Shown: in pieces, positions 24,468-61,814 of the stretch
Layout of the letters: each line of letters starts with the position of its first letter
How positions within the stretch are numbered: the stretch's first letter is position 1
DNA from: Euglena gracilis
Taxonomy: Eukaryota
DNA length: 64,000 nucleotides
Reading direction: 5' to 3'
Assembly (NCBI GenBank): GCA_039621445.1
Contig: CP154954.1
Coordinates: forward strand, 30,756,395-30,820,394
Program-made: the position numbers and the translations under genes
Notes under the pieces: generated by a model
Told to the model about the DNA's origin: nothing
Databases searched by the model: none
What the model saw: only the letters and a program-made list of their open reading frames with translations

Positions 24468-27130
24468 CTTTTTTTTTTTTTTTTTTTTGCAACAGGCGCG
24501 TGGCACCGATGGCGTTTTTAGAGTGAGTATGGATGATGTGAGTTGCTTCCACCATCATCTGTCAGCTCCTCCGCGCACTGACCCCATGCAAGCTGCTTTG
24601 CCAGCTCCCTGGCCAAGGCCATGCTGAGGCCCTGCCAGCAATTTGGCCTCTGCGGCCCTTCTTTCCCACGAGTCGTGTTGTCCCACCAGCAGGCGAACAC
24701 ATTGGCCAACGAAGCTGAGGGCTGCGTCTCCCATGCCTCCGTAACAATCAAGGACGAAGGGGATAAACGTCCAGCCCCTCCGTTTGCATCCTTCGCCATA
24801 CTTCTTGAATTTTTCCTCCTCCTGTGACTGGTGCCATTTCCCAAGCTCCTCTGTCCCAGGTCGGACACGGGAAGGGGCAAGGGGGTGACGGACAGTCACA
24901 TCGATGGCTGCTGGGCCATTGGCGTCATACCGCATCACGAACACGTCACCTGGACGAGAGCCATCAGGCGCACTTTCTTCTCTCCTGGCCGGGAATCCAG
25001 CTCTTTGGGCCAGGCCCAAGAGATAAGATTGCACCGCCCCGTGTCGCCTCACAATGTTATTTCGGTGGCAACAGACGAGATGGTGGCCTCTTACATCAAG
25101 GGGGTTGTGGCATCGCGGGCAGCCTAGCGGTCCATCGCCGGGAGTTACCACAGGTGCACCCACGGACCACTGAATCAGGGCCTGGAATTCTCTTGTTGGG
25201 ATGAGGGTTTTCAGCGCAGCAGAGGGCATCACTGATGCCCATGCCATGGCGTGGGGCTTCAGTTGGCATGTCAGCTTCAGTTTGTCCACTCCGGAGAGGG
25301 AATCGTGTAATGCTGTTTGTCGGGCCGTTGCGCACTTCTGGCCCCAGAATTTCTGGGGGATCACATCATGAGGAAGTATCTCGTGCCTTCGGGGATCTTC
25401 CAGGAAAGTTTTGACGACTGGTGGGAGTTCACATGATGTGCTGATGTCCCCGACTAGAGTCGCGAAATTTGTTGGCAGCGGGTTCGCTCCGTTGAGGGGT
25501 GGTAAGTCCAGGATGCGTTCGCCGCGAACTAGAAAATCCAGTGTGGCAGCCCATCTGGCATTCGTGCGTTCGGTGCTCGGATCTCGAATGCCCAACCCCC
25601 CAAGGCGTACAGGAAGCGTGACCTGGGTCCATTGATCTTCCTCAAGAGGCCGTCCGGCAATGACACTCATCGTGTTTCGCAAGGTTTTGCTGAGCAACGT
25701 GCACTGGGCGGTTGCCAGGGTGATTGGTGTGGTCCTCAAGAGATCGTTGACTTTGCAAGCATCCAAGCACATTCGGAGAATTGTGAACTGGATGTGTGCA
25801 GAAGGTACCTTTTGCAGGAGAGAGCATGCTTTCAAGGCCGCCTCACACCGTCCGAACCACACTCGATCTGCAAAGGTTTGATCTTCTGGGTGACAGACTG
25901 GCACTCCCAAAGACTTGAGGCCTGACCCCGGTACGTAGGGAGTGACAGGGATGCGCTGCAGCACACTTACCCCTTGTGGGATCGACGCCCACTCTGGGTT
26001 GAAGGCGGGGCCCCACAGTGTGCATTTCTCGGCATTCAAGGCAACACCAATCGGGGGTCCCTTCTCCAACACGAGGTGCACTACGGCTTCCAGTTGGCGC
26101 CGGTTCCCCACGACGTGGGCGTCATCTAAGTACCATGCCTGCCAGCCACACACTGCATGGATTTCCTCCACGAGGCTTTGGATTGCAAGAGCGAAGGCAG
26201 CCGGTCCACAGGGGTCCCCTTGCTGAACTCCCGTTTGGCTTCGAAGGCACGCATCACCAAGGAACAAGCTGGAGTGCTCGGCGTAGCAGGTCTCTAACCA
26301 CGTCACCATTTCTGGACATCGTTCGCGGGATGCCTCCAACAGGGAGTCCCTTCGGATGCAGTTGAACGCGTTGGAGAAGTCTAGCTGCAGAATTCCCCAG
26401 TCCTGGGACCCTCCTTGATGTAGTGTGGTGACAATGTGTTGGAGGCCCATTCCAATGAGCCCGCATGCATCCGGACAGCCCACACCGAACTGTCCCGGCA
26501 GCCCTTCCAGCGTGAATTTCCGGACGGGCGGTTGGCGCATCAGGACTTTGCCCACGAGTCTTCTTAGGCACTCTCCTGAGGCGATGGGGCGGGTGCCTTC
26601 TTGTGCGGGATCCGGTGTGGCAGGGATGAGGTTTCCCGCGCTGTCCACAGCGGTCGATGGCTTCACCTTGCGCAGGGCTGTGAGGCGTGCGGATGTGAGA
26701 ATCTCGGCCGCGCCAGCAGGCCATCCCTCGTTGATGCACCTGTACACAAAATTCGAGAGTCCCTCCAACAGTGTCTCCGCCTGGCCTCCTGCCTCTTTGC
26801 CAAGCATGTCCTTCAGGTGATCCGGCTTCAGTCCGGATGGGCCTGCCGCAGACTCCTTTCCGAAGCTGAAGACGGCCCTGCGTACCAAAGACAGCCGGTC
26901 CCTCCTCTCGTCCTCATCGGAAGGCGGCGGCACACCTTTCCGCTTGTCCGGGGGCCCTCGGCCCGGGGGCTCTTCGGAAGGGTGGAGATCCTTCAAGCGT
27001 TGGCGAACAACGGGGTTTTTGTTATCCTGTACGCCGTCGGACAGCAGGAATTGGCACGCTTTGCCAACTGCACCCTTGCTCACCAGGTGTTCAAGTCTGC
27101 GAAAGAGGGTTCGCTAAATTCAATAGGATG
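24468..27130 (-). mobile_element. 5'-truncated CRE-like non-LTR retrotransposon (RT + RLE)
   Basis: ORF 24555-27083: SAAGPSG, RPIASGECLRR, QLDFSNAFN, QQGDPCGP, WYLDD, CPRC..HHLVCC, RRHGAV, RPGDV..AID. A-run at 24468-24488. Confidence 0.92.
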
Positions 27131-29100
27131 AACCCTTCAGGAATTAGGACCGTCATCTGCTCGCGATCACATTCCACTGGTTGACAGACCAAGAAGTGAA
27201 ACCATGCAGTGACAGGTGGGTGCAATTGCTCGCGGTAGCCCTTCCAAACGACAAATAGCATGTCGACATGGGCCACGCGCACGTGCACGACACGCGCGAC
27301 ACACGTGTCGAGCCGTGCCGAACCATGCCGAATAAAAATGGGACAGACCCCCTTCCAACACTGCACCATTGCCCCCCCCCCCCCCAGCGATTCCCACAGG
27401 CGGGACGGGAGTAGCTCACTGTCAGAGCACTTTTTTAAAAGAAAACCCCCAAAAGTGTTCAAAAATCGTCGTTTTTGGGGACGTTTAAAAATCACCTTTT
27501 GGCAAATGTGCTTGAAATTAACGATTTTTTGCGAACATCCCAAAAACCAAAAAAACTTGCCAAAATGATTGAATGAGTGTCCGAGGTTCGGGTTGGGAAC
27601 AGCTCGGGGGGGGGGGGGGGGACCGATCCCCCCCCTGTTCCCTTTGGGCTCAGAGGTCCCATCGTGAAGTGGTGGGGAACAGGTGGTTTTTTCCAGTTTC
27701 CAAGTGGCATTTAACGTTGCTTTTTTGTTACAGGGCTCACTGATCAAGTTCCCTCCCGAACCCATTTTCAGCCAATTATCATAATCCTGGCAACCTCAAA
27801 ACCCCAAATCCCATAAATTGGCACTCCTCACCCAAGACGTTAGCTCACTTTTTTTTGCTTTTCTATGTTTACAGCTAAACCCGAAAATGTCGGCCCTGAG
27901 TGCCGAAAACCCCGGCTCCAAGTACAAAATACTGGCCCGTGGTGCCCAAACTTGGTGAAGACTGTCCTGGATAAAGCATCTTTTGCAAATTTTTTTGGGT
28001 ACAAGGAGCTGTTCCTGGGTTTTGGGGACTTGGGCTGAAATTAAAGAGATTTTTTTTTGCCGTGGACCTTCAATGGCGTTTGTTGGGTTTTTTTTTAGAA
28101 AAAGAAAACACGGTTCTTTTTTTTTTTAACCGTGCTTTTCTTTTCCGGTTCAGGCGTGAAGCCAGAGCCCCTGATACACGGTTTCCATATCGAGAACTGT
28201 GTCCCAAACGCCGGTTTGGGCGTGAACCTGGTGCCTGGGACGCCAGTTCGGGTGTCAGCCCGAACCGGCAGTTCGGGCGTGAACCCGGATCCCCCTAGAA
28301 AACCTTTTCAGCTGTGTCCCAGATGGGAATCACGGCCAATTTCGCCCCAAGTACCCATCAATCCCCAATGCCCATCAATCGAAAGCTTTCAGCAGATGGA
28401 ATTCGGCCATAATGCACATAGCTCTTATTTTCAGCGATCGTGTATTCCAAAATTTGACATATTAATTTGTCAAAACCCACAGTTCAGGTTGCATATTGCC
28501 CAAAATTGGCCAAAAGGAAATTGTTGTTCAAACCCCCAATTTCCGGAAGACCCCCCCTGCCTTAGCTGTTCCTCTGGGGCTGAAGGGGGGGGGGAAGTTT
28601 TCGCCCGTTTCGGAGCCTTTTGCAAAACCAGGAAAATTCCCAAATTTCAGGGGGGGGAAATTTTCGGGGGGGGGGGACAATTTACGGCTAGGGACTGTAA
28701 TCATATTTGAGTTTTGTGGGTTGGGACTTTTTTTTTGTACATGCAAGGGCAGCACAGCTTCACCACTTGCATGGCCCCTGGGTCGAGGACTTGACATCTT
28801 TTGGGTTTTTTTTGTCCATTGAACCATCCCCGGCATATATCTATCAATAAGACCCACCGCCCTGAACAGAGGTGTTCGGGAATATACCATAACAACCCCA
28901 CAACATACGGCAAATGAATTCCGAATCCCGGTCGGCTTCATGGCTTCAAAGAATAGAAGGGACGAGGCAAAGTGCCCGAAACGGCCGAAAATTCCCCCCC
29001 CCCTGGTCAAGAGCCCAAAAACCCCTCCCTAGGGGGGGGGGAAATTTACGCCCAGGGACTGCACCACATGTCTACAAACCCCTTTGGACACTTGTTGGTA

Positions 29101-29141
29101 CCTTTTTCTCTTTCCATTTCTTTCTCAGGATCGATCTACAG
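29101..29141 (+). promoter_or_regulatory. Probable trans-splice acceptor (polypyrimidine tract + CAG) of the kinase gene
   Basis: CCTTTTTCTCTTTCCATTTCTTTCTCAG (AG ending 29128) and a second CAG at 29139-29141, directly before the ATG. Confidence 0.65.
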
Positions 29142-52725
<23,584 letters not shown>

Positions 52726-53536
52726 AGGGTAGACACACCACTCCATTGATCATCAAGTGATTGCAAGCATTGCCCAGCGAAAACAGAGATTTTGCTCCGG
52801 GTACATTCAGTGATGACACAACCAGCCAGTTCGCCCCCCCCCCCCCAGAAGTTGGCCTCCTCTTCACCCGCCAATTTGGTTTCCCTGACAATTTCGGAAT
52901 TATTTTTTTTGGAAACGGCTGGGCGAAAATTCACCAGACGTTGACATTTGTGTATACATGCATTTTTCTTGTGGGGTGGGTAGGGTAGCACATTGTCTTC
53001 GCACATCTCTGTTGCCATGCCTGATGGTGGTTTTTGCCACCTCATTACCATTCAGGTGCTGAGGCACATTCATGTTCATCCACATCTGATCCCTTTGGGT
53101 CATGCTGGCACCCATTGCAAATGCCAGTCTTTTTCAATGTTTCGTTTTCCTCGAAATTAACGTTGGGAGATTGACCAGGGTTGTTCGCAAAATGTGCCAC
53201 GGAAAAAAATTGCCATGTGAAATGTGCCGCTTAGAAATTTTGCAAACAACAAATAACAAACAACAACTTCATTCAAAGTGAAACCATACCAAATCAAATA
53301 GAATCACACCAGATGATTTAAAACCACAACCATCTGCCTAACCATCTGAGGTTAATCTGATTTTGATCTTTCAGCCTCATCCACAATAGCCCATTTCCTC
53401 ACAACCAAAAATAGTTTATTTGGCTGTCTTGGGATCAAATCCAAACAGTAAAAAGAATATGTGCCGTGAAAGAATAATTTTCTCTTTTTGGGGGGTGAGG
53501 GATGTTCAAGCACTCTGCCATTTTGTACTTACCACA

Positions 53537-53760
53537 GTAGTTTAGTTTGATTGCCCGAGTCAACACTCAGAACATGTATGAAACAAATGCGTCAAAAACC
53601 GGGAGCCCGCAGTTGTGTTTGTAACCATAGATTCACTTGGGGGGGTCACTTGTGTGACCTTGAGACTTGTGTGACCTTGTGTCACTTGTGACCTTGTGTG
53701 ACCTCCCAAGACACCCCGAGGGGGGGTTTCGAGGGTTGTTGTGTGGGTTCAAGCTGAGGC
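53537..53760 (-). repeat. SINE-like repeat of about 225 bp; second copy at 61369-61632 with a (TAG)n tract
   Basis: Near-identical direct copies; a variable (CTA)n tail on the minus strand. Confidence 0.75.
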
Positions 53761-56439
53761 CGGGCCCAAAATTTTCCTCACCATTTTCGGCCGATTTTGG
53801 CTGGATTTTGGGTTGGTGGGAGGGTGGTTGACTCCCCGGGGGGGTCGTGGCACCTGGGTTTTTGAAAAAAGTGGGTGGGTGGGTTTGGGCCAGGGAAAAA
53901 GTGCCTATGTTCGTCACAAAGACGATGCATTTCCACATATTGCACATGTTTTTTTTTTATTTGACTGTGCCAAAATTTTGTCCACTTTTTTTGACCTTCG
54001 TTTCCCCCCCCTAAAAAGTAGCACATTTTCCCAAAATTGGTGAAAATGCTGTGGTGGGTGGGTCGACCCCCTCCCCCACCTCCTGGGCCGGGTCGGGGGT
54101 CGACCCCCCCCACCAGGCGCCAGGCCTTCCCGTTCTGCCCTGCCCCCCGGGGGGTCAGTGAGCAATAATGTGGTCCAACACATTTTTATGAAAAACCCTG
54201 GATTGACATTTTAAATGACCGCCCGCTTTTCGACTGCAATGGTCCGCCTTGCAACCTCCACCCAATTGTTTGTAAGATAAACGCTTTCGCGAAATTGTCT
54301 TCGGCTCATCCACTGGTGGGCCAAATGGGTGCACCCTTGTTGTGGTGTGCTGCTGCGTGTGCAAAGCAAACCTTTTGAAACAAAAAAAAATAAGCATAAT
54401 GTTTTGCCATCAATGCCATCCATGTCGATCCACGAAAGAAAAAATACTCAGCGATTTCTTTTTGCTTTTTTCTTCAGCTTCAAAGTCGACGCACAAAGCG
54501 AAGCCGCACCAGTCGGGCTTCGAACGGTGAGGTGGTGAGGTGAGGTCCTGCTTTCTTTGCCGGCTGCTCCGTTCCGGTGTGTGGTTGGTGTGCCTGGGGG
54601 TGCTGCTTGCTGTGTTTTTTTTTGTTTCCTTAGTAGGTTTACCCCTATCATTTATCTAACTCCGGTCATTTATTTAAAAAAGGCAGAACACACAATTGTA
54701 AAAAAAAACCTCCACTTGAAATTATACAACACAAGCTCAACTGGAATATTTCTCGGGATTATTGAAAGGAAACCCAGGAAAACACCAAAAGATGCAGACA
54801 CACCCCAAAAGCACCGGAGCCCCCCACCCAAGCGACCATGCGAAAGAGGTGTGCATGGCCACGACGGCCCCCGAGGTGTCAGTCTCACAAAAAAACCGCC
54901 GGCGAGCAAGGCGTGGCCTCACGGCACAGGAAGTGGGGGGGGAGGGTCAACGAGGGGAGAAGCACGACCATTCGGGCTGCGCACACTCCGGGCGTGAGGT
55001 CCTGCTTCTTTTGCCGGCAGCAGGACCTCGCCCCTCTCTCGTGCTTCGCCATCATGGTCCGTTCCTCCCAGTCATCCTTCCTGGGAGCTAAAAAAAACAA
55101 AGAGAGGCGATTCGCCCTCGACAATCCCCCCCGGTCGGTTTTACTCAAGGGAGTACCAGACCAAGACCTTTCGAGCCCGACCCTCCTCCCGCAAAAGGAA
55201 ATTTGCTCCCAAAAGCCCTCAAAAGCCCTCGGTCAGCAGAAAATGGGGGCCAGCGCCTGCAGGGTACAAAAGCGGCGCCACACGCCGGCCGTCTGTTTTG
55301 TGGATTGCGATGCGTTGGGCTCGGGTGTTGCCGCTTTGTGCAGCCTCGCAAAAAGTTGGCTGCGTTGTCTTCCAAGGGGCGCTCACCAGGCATGGCCTCA
55401 TAAGTTCTTTGCGTTCCGCCCCCGCAGCACCTCCCTCCCTTGTCGGTTTCCCGAGGGTTTTTGAGTCACAGACGAGCACCATCGGCCAACTCCGACGACG
55501 CGGAACGACGGGTGGACACCTGAACAAAGCGAACCCAACTGCACAGCACCGCCGGCGAATAAGGAAAGGCTCCGAAGGTCTTTGTGCTCCGCCGGCGGCG
55601 TCCCTTCCTCGCTTGTGGTTTTCCTCGCTCGCCTTCCCATCTTCTTGTGCTCCTCCCCTCTTCCTCCCTGAGACGTGGGTTTCCGTGGTGACTTAAAGTG
55701 CCTTAAAAGGAAGTGGGGACGTCGGGCTGTGCACAGCACAAGCCCCTGCTTGCCTGCGGCCGGGCTACTCCCGCACTGGCCTTCGCACGCAAGAATCCGC
55801 GGTATCCAACCGCTGAGAGTCCAGAAGTCAGGGATAACTTGAAAACAAGACTGAGATCAAGTTCAGAGAGTAGGAGAGTACCTCAGCTACGTCCTCTGAC
55901 TTCATTCATGTCAAAATCTCATTTTTTCTGGTTTCGTCTTTGCAGGCAGTTTTGGAGTTTTGGCAGGCAACACAACCCACAGTTACTTTGCTTAAACCCC
56001 AGAACACACCTTATTTCAGCCAACTTTTTTCCAACAGGTTTTCTGCACGGGTGTTGAAAATCATCTGCAGATGGAGCAAATTGTTCAAGAACTTCAAAGA
56101 ATGAGACAAGAATTTGAGAATCTGAAAACACATGTGGGGCAAAATGAAAAGCAAGGGCAACAACCAGCCCCCCCATGCCCCAAAGGACAATGAATTCGAA
56201 GAAGATGTTTCAATAGGAGCTGAAGAGGAGGCAACCCACACTGATTAGACTGCTGTCTTACCCCCCACACACGTTAACCCCACCCATACTGATGCCCTAG
56301 CCTTTAGCCAGAGGCTGGGCTCTCCTCCCCCCTTGACCTTTTGAAAATAATCTTCTGAGGATCTGAAAATGTATGTGAGGCTGAAAAAAAAATCAAAAAC
56401 TGCAGATTTCACACCAGCCGCACAGGAAACCGTTACCGA

Positions 56440-57100
56440 GTACTTGAACACAGGTACCATAGACCACTCACAAACGAGGAGTGGGCAAAAACCAGCCAGT
56501 GGACACTAAAATTTCCCGGAGAGAAAAAAATAAACCAGAAAAATCAGGTTGATCACAGACCTCAGGAACATAAACCAGTGCCAAAACATCGTACGACACA
56601 GTGCAGACGCCTGTAAGACCCTGCCGCAGACTCCGAAGCAAAAAGATTTGCACTGGGGGATAGCTCTGGACATCCAATCATTTTTCCACCACTTGCAGGT
56701 GCACTCCCACATTCAGAGGTAGATGCGTTTCTAAATCGGCGAAAACGCTTTTCAGATCCAGGCCCTTCCATTTGGATGAGCTTTCAGACCCTGGTGGTCA
56801 CAGAAACTGACAAAACCACTGAGGGCCTCGCTGAAACAGAAAAACATACAAAATGTGTGGTATGCGGACGACTTTCTTCTGCTGGGGAAGACATCATAAT
56901 CCACCAGGTTGAGGGCAGCTTCCCTCATCGAGCAACTGATAAAGTGTGTGTGTGATCAGGCTGATTTGGAAAAGAAAATGAACGACCCAGCACAGACATT
57001 GACGTACCTTGGACACCGGATCGCCCTGACAACCAACAAAATCAGGCCCCTGGAGCACAAGAACCAATTGAAATTGACTCAGATAAAACACAAACTGACG
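56440..57100 (+). pseudogene. Degraded DIRS-type reverse transcriptase remnant
   Basis: Fragments KIRLITDLRNINQC, WGIALDIQSFFHHL, FQIQALPFG, WYADDFLLLG and LTYLGHRI, broken by stops and frameshifts. Confidence 0.75.
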
Positions 57101-57479
57101 GGACAGTGGTTCCAACCCTGGCGGAGAGGAGGCCAGCAGCCAGCCTGATCGAGGACCCCAGCCACCCCCCCACCACATGAACCAGCGTGAAGGACAGTGC
57201 GGGCGCAGCCCAGCCACAGGCAAGCAGCGGCTTGCGCTATGCACTCCTCGCCCCCCTCAACCTTCCTATGTCGGTTTCGGTGAGGCACCCCGTCCTGGGT
57301 GGGGCTGGCTTGGGCGGCAGCCTGGCCGTAAGGGGGGGACGGTTCAATCGCAGCGACACCTCGGGCTCCGCACTTTGCCATTGTGAGGCCATGCCTTGCT
57401 CGCCGGCGGTGTTGTGTGATTATTCGCTGCGCTGGGTTAGGAGGTCCCGCTTAGTGCCTTTTTTCGCCGGAGTTGGCTG

Positions 57480-60400
57480 ATTCCTAACTTGCCCTTCGAC
57501 ACCCAGAAGAAAGGAAAAGAATTCACGAACGAAGAAGACCCGAGAAAAGAAGTCAATATCATTCAATATCCAGAAGGACACGATCCAGACGAACAGCAAT
57601 TGAGAATTCAATTGTCAATTTTCAATTTTGACTTCAATGAGCAATGCAGTGGAGAAGAAATTGGGAAGTCATGGCCACGGACGTCCTGGAGCAGTTGCCG
57701 CAGAAACAGGAGAACTTGGAGATGCGGTCGACACGCGACGAACCGTGGCCGTTTTTCCCCCCTAGACCCCCACCCCAGAAATTTGCCAGCCCAAACCCCC
57801 CCCCCCCCAGTGACGGCCACGGTCCTTGGACCACTGCGGCCAGAAGGCCCAGAAGGCAAAAGTCTGCCCCAGCCCTTGATGGGCAAAAGATGGGCCAGGG
57901 GGGGCCCAAATTGCTCCACAATTGAACAATCACAACGCACACATGTGGGGCATCTCCCCCAAAGGCGCCCAGTCGCCTACACAACAATTGGCCAAAGGAT
58001 GGCGAGATGGAATCAAGGCCAAGGAGGGCAACACTACAGGGGCCATGGGGGCCAGTTTTACAAACAAATCCCCTCATGAAGGGGCAGAAAAGGTCTGTCC
58101 AACCCCCCCAATTCATCCATCACAAGAGCCCCTCTCAAGGAGAAAAGGGGGGGCCACAGCAGCCCCCCCAGATTTCAAGTGGGGTTGGAGGCCAAATCAA
58201 GGCCTGAAGGATTATGGAAGAAAATTTACACATGGAGACCTTGGAGACCAGCAGGGTGGACCCACAGTGGCCACCAAGAAGCTAAGGGGCATCATGCCCA
58301 ACCAGCAGGGTGGACCCACAGTGGCCACCAAGAAGCTAAGACAGCTGCTGGAGAAATCCCCCGAGGGACCCACAGAGGCCCTCTGCCAAAAATTGGGGAA
58401 AAGGGGACCCACAGTGGTCCCTTTAATGACCCAGCCTCAGGAGGAAAAGGGACCCACAGTGGCCCTTTTGGAGGGAGGGGCAGATACCCATCCAACATTT
58501 ATTTCTCAATTCCCGATCAATCAATCAAGGGGGGGACCCACAGAGGCCCCCCTATGGTATGGCAACCAACCACATCAACATGGAGAAGACCAGATAGGCC
58601 AAACAGGGGCATTAAGCCCTATGGTATGTCTTCCAACAACAAGATCATCCAGAGAGGTGAGCAGAGAGGGAGAGAGTGCATGCACATCCCCCCAGAAAAC
58701 ATTTCATTTTCCAAGGGCACAAGCCCTAGGGGACCTAGGGGTGCAATGTCCAACACCCCCAACCCAGCCCCCCCAGCATCATCTCACCCAGAAAATAAAT
58801 TCAATGGAGGAGGTATGGGGAGACACCCCCCTCCATCAAAGGTTACAAAAAAGCCTAAAATGTCCAACATCTCCACCCCGGCCCCCCCTAAATCATCTTA
58901 TCCAGGAAATAAATTCAATGGGAGAAAAATGGGGAGACACCCCCCTCCATCAAAGGCTGCAAAAAAGCTTGAAATGGTGGGCAAAAAATGCCCCCCCCCA
59001 ACAACATGTCAACTCATCAGGGATGGCATTCAACCCCCCTGGGTAAACCCACCAAAACTGTCCACCCACCCAAAACCCAGAGCAAATTTGAACCTACCCC
59101 AAGCAGAAAAAATACTGCTGGATTACGAAAAATCTGGATCCGTAAGGAGGGTGAGGGATTCAACCACCCAGCACCTCATCCCCTGGTTTTTGATTTCAAA
59201 GCCAGAGGGGGGACAGACAAAATGGAGATTAATAAGCGATTGCAGGGAAATAAATCAAAGGTTCCAAGTGAAACCTTTCAAGCTGGATCACATCCAGCAC
59301 ATTTTTCCAGTTTTGGAAAAGGCCACTGGGCAGCAAAAATAGACCTGAAGGATGCCTATTTTCATATTCCAGTAAGTCCAGGCCTAAGGCCATTTTTAAG
59401 GCATCAGGTGGGGGGCAGACCTGGGAATTCCAGGCAGGCTGTTTTGGCCTGAACATAATGCCCCAAATTTTCATGTCAGTCATGAAGACATTCGAAAAGC
59501 TGTGGAGGAAAAGGGGCATCCAGGTATTTATTTACCTGGACGACATTTTACTGGTGGCCCCAACACAAAACATCTTACAAAATCACCTGAACACAGTCGT
59601 CAGGGATTTAATCAAATCAGGGTTCAAAATCAATGTAAAAAAGTCCACCCTGCAGCCCACCCAAATCGTAAATCATCTTGGATTTCAACTAAACTTCCAA
59701 GAGGGAAAATTACAGGTGCCCCCCCAGAAAATAAAAACAGTAAAAAATGAGCTGGGAAAAATGGTGAAAAAAGATTACATGTCAAAAAGGCAACTGGCTG
59801 CCATTTTGGGCCAAATAAGATGCAACCTTATGGCCCTGCCCTTTCTAAGGGCCTTTACAGATGCCCTGGCAGATTTTTTGGTAAAACAATCCACAGCCCC
59901 CTGGGACTCAAAACATCCCATTTCCCAAAGAATAAAGGACCAATTAAGAGAAATAAAAATTCTGCTGGACACCTGGGGGGGCAGACCCTTCCCCCAAAGT
60001 GCAACCAGAGAGTTGCACTCAGACAGCAGTACTCATGCCTGGGGGGGGGCTGGACATCCGAACAGGCAAAATTGTGCAAGAATTTTGGAGGTAAAACTCC
60101 ATTTTGCGCATAAATGTCAAAGAATTAAGTGCAGCAATAAGCACAGTTCAAAGCCTCAGCCAGCCAGGGGAAACTGTGTCCCTATCTGTGGACAATCAAG
60201 TAATTTACTATTACCTAACAAAAGGGGGGGGGGGCAGAAAAGACCCTTTCAATTCCATGCTAAGACCCTTCTTCAAATGGTGCATGGAACACAACATAAA
60301 CCTGCAAGTAAGATGGTCCCCTCAAAAGAATGCCTGGCAGACCCCATAAGCAGATGGGAAATGGACAGGGGGGATTACTCACTGGACCCCCAACTTTTTC

Positions 60401-61062
60401 AATGGCTGAGGCAGCAGTTCAAAAAGTACATCAGTCTAAAAACAGACCTTTTTGCCTCACCAGGCAACAAAAAACTGCCACAATTTGTGGCCAGGTGGCC
60501 CCACTGGGGAGCCACAGCAGTGGATGCATTACAATGTCCACTGGACAACATGGGGGATCTTTATGCAAACCCCCCCTGGTCTGTAATCCAAAAATTTCTC
60601 CCCAGATTGAAAATGTTTCCACAGACCAAAGTTTTGATGGTCACCCCCTACTGGGATTGAGCCACATGGTGGCCCCAGTTAATAAAAATGAAAGTTCCAG
60701 GGACCCCCTGCCTGAAAATCACCCCCTACATGGGTATGTTCACCAATTGCAGGGGGGAAGAAATGCCACCCCCCAGGTGGCCCCTCCTTTGCATGATTTG
60801 CTCAGGCAAATTTTGGAGGGGAAACAAATACAAAATTCATCCATTAAAGATTTCCTGGGAAGAAACCCCAGTTTGAAAAGGTACCAAAGTGCCTTTACGC
60901 TTTTATGGGTAATTTTGGACAAAATGGGGGTACCCCCCCCTGAAGCCACCACTGACCAAGTGGTTGACGCTTTAATCCAACTGTTTCAATTTTCAAAGGC
61001 CCAAGCACGCAATGCATACAGCGCTATGCTATTGATTCCTGGCTTTGGAGGCCTAAAGTTTG
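57480..61062 (+). mobile_element. DIRS-type (tyrosine recombinase order) retrotransposon, 3'-truncated: ORF1, RT, RNase H, Dam-like MT, probable start of the YR ORF
   Basis: WRLISDCREIN, KIDLKDAYFH, IYLDDILL, HSDSSTHAWGG, INVKEL, SVDNQV, LADPISR, DLFAS..DAL..LYANPPW; overlapping third ORF cut near 61060. The 5' edge is approximate. Confidence 0.88.
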
Positions 61063-61368
61063 AATTTTTTTTTGCATATTTTTTGCATTTTCTACATATA
61101 ATATTTTGCCCTGGAAAAAAATTTTGTTGTTGGTTGCCATATTTATGGATTTTTTTGCATTTTTTTGCATTTTTTTGCATAAAATATTTTGCCCTGGAAA
61201 TTTTTTTTGATCTTAGGCAGCAAAGCTCTGTTATATTCCAGCTTTTTCTCAGGTTTTTCATGCAAGTTGCATTTTTTTTGCATTTTTTGCTTTTTTTTGC
61301 ATTTTTTTGCATTTTTTTGACTTGCATAATTTGAAGGGCCCAGTGGCATTTCCCCCCCCCTGCTTACC

Positions 61369-61413
<45 letters not shown>

Positions 61414-61814
61414 TTAGTTTGATTGCCCGAGTCAACACTCAGAACATGTATGAAACAAGTGCATCAAAAACCGGGAGCCCGCAGTTGTGTTTGTAACCAT
61501 AGATTCACTTGGGGGGGTCACTTGTGTGACCTTGAGACTTGTGTGACCTTGTGTCACTTGTGACCTTGTGTGACCTCCCAAGACACCCCGAGGGGGGGTT
61601 TCGAGGGTTGTTGTGTGGGTTCAAGCTGAGGCACAAAAATATTTGTATGTTTGCAATAATTGTAAGATGAAAATTGTAGCTCCAAGTTTAAAAATGGATT
61701 GTATAGGACCGTAGTCCTTTGGCGAAAAGTCCTTCGCTAGGGACAAAATGGTTTGGCATCCGCCCATTATACATTTTGTCAAAAGTCCAAGCTATGGACA
61801 AAATCTTGGACACC

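Noticed and set aside
54300-55800. Possible decayed tyrosine recombinase or DIRS terminal repeats (GTGAGGTCCTGCTT at 54540 and 54994)
   Set aside because: No convincing catalytic motifs readable by eye; needs a translated HMM search.
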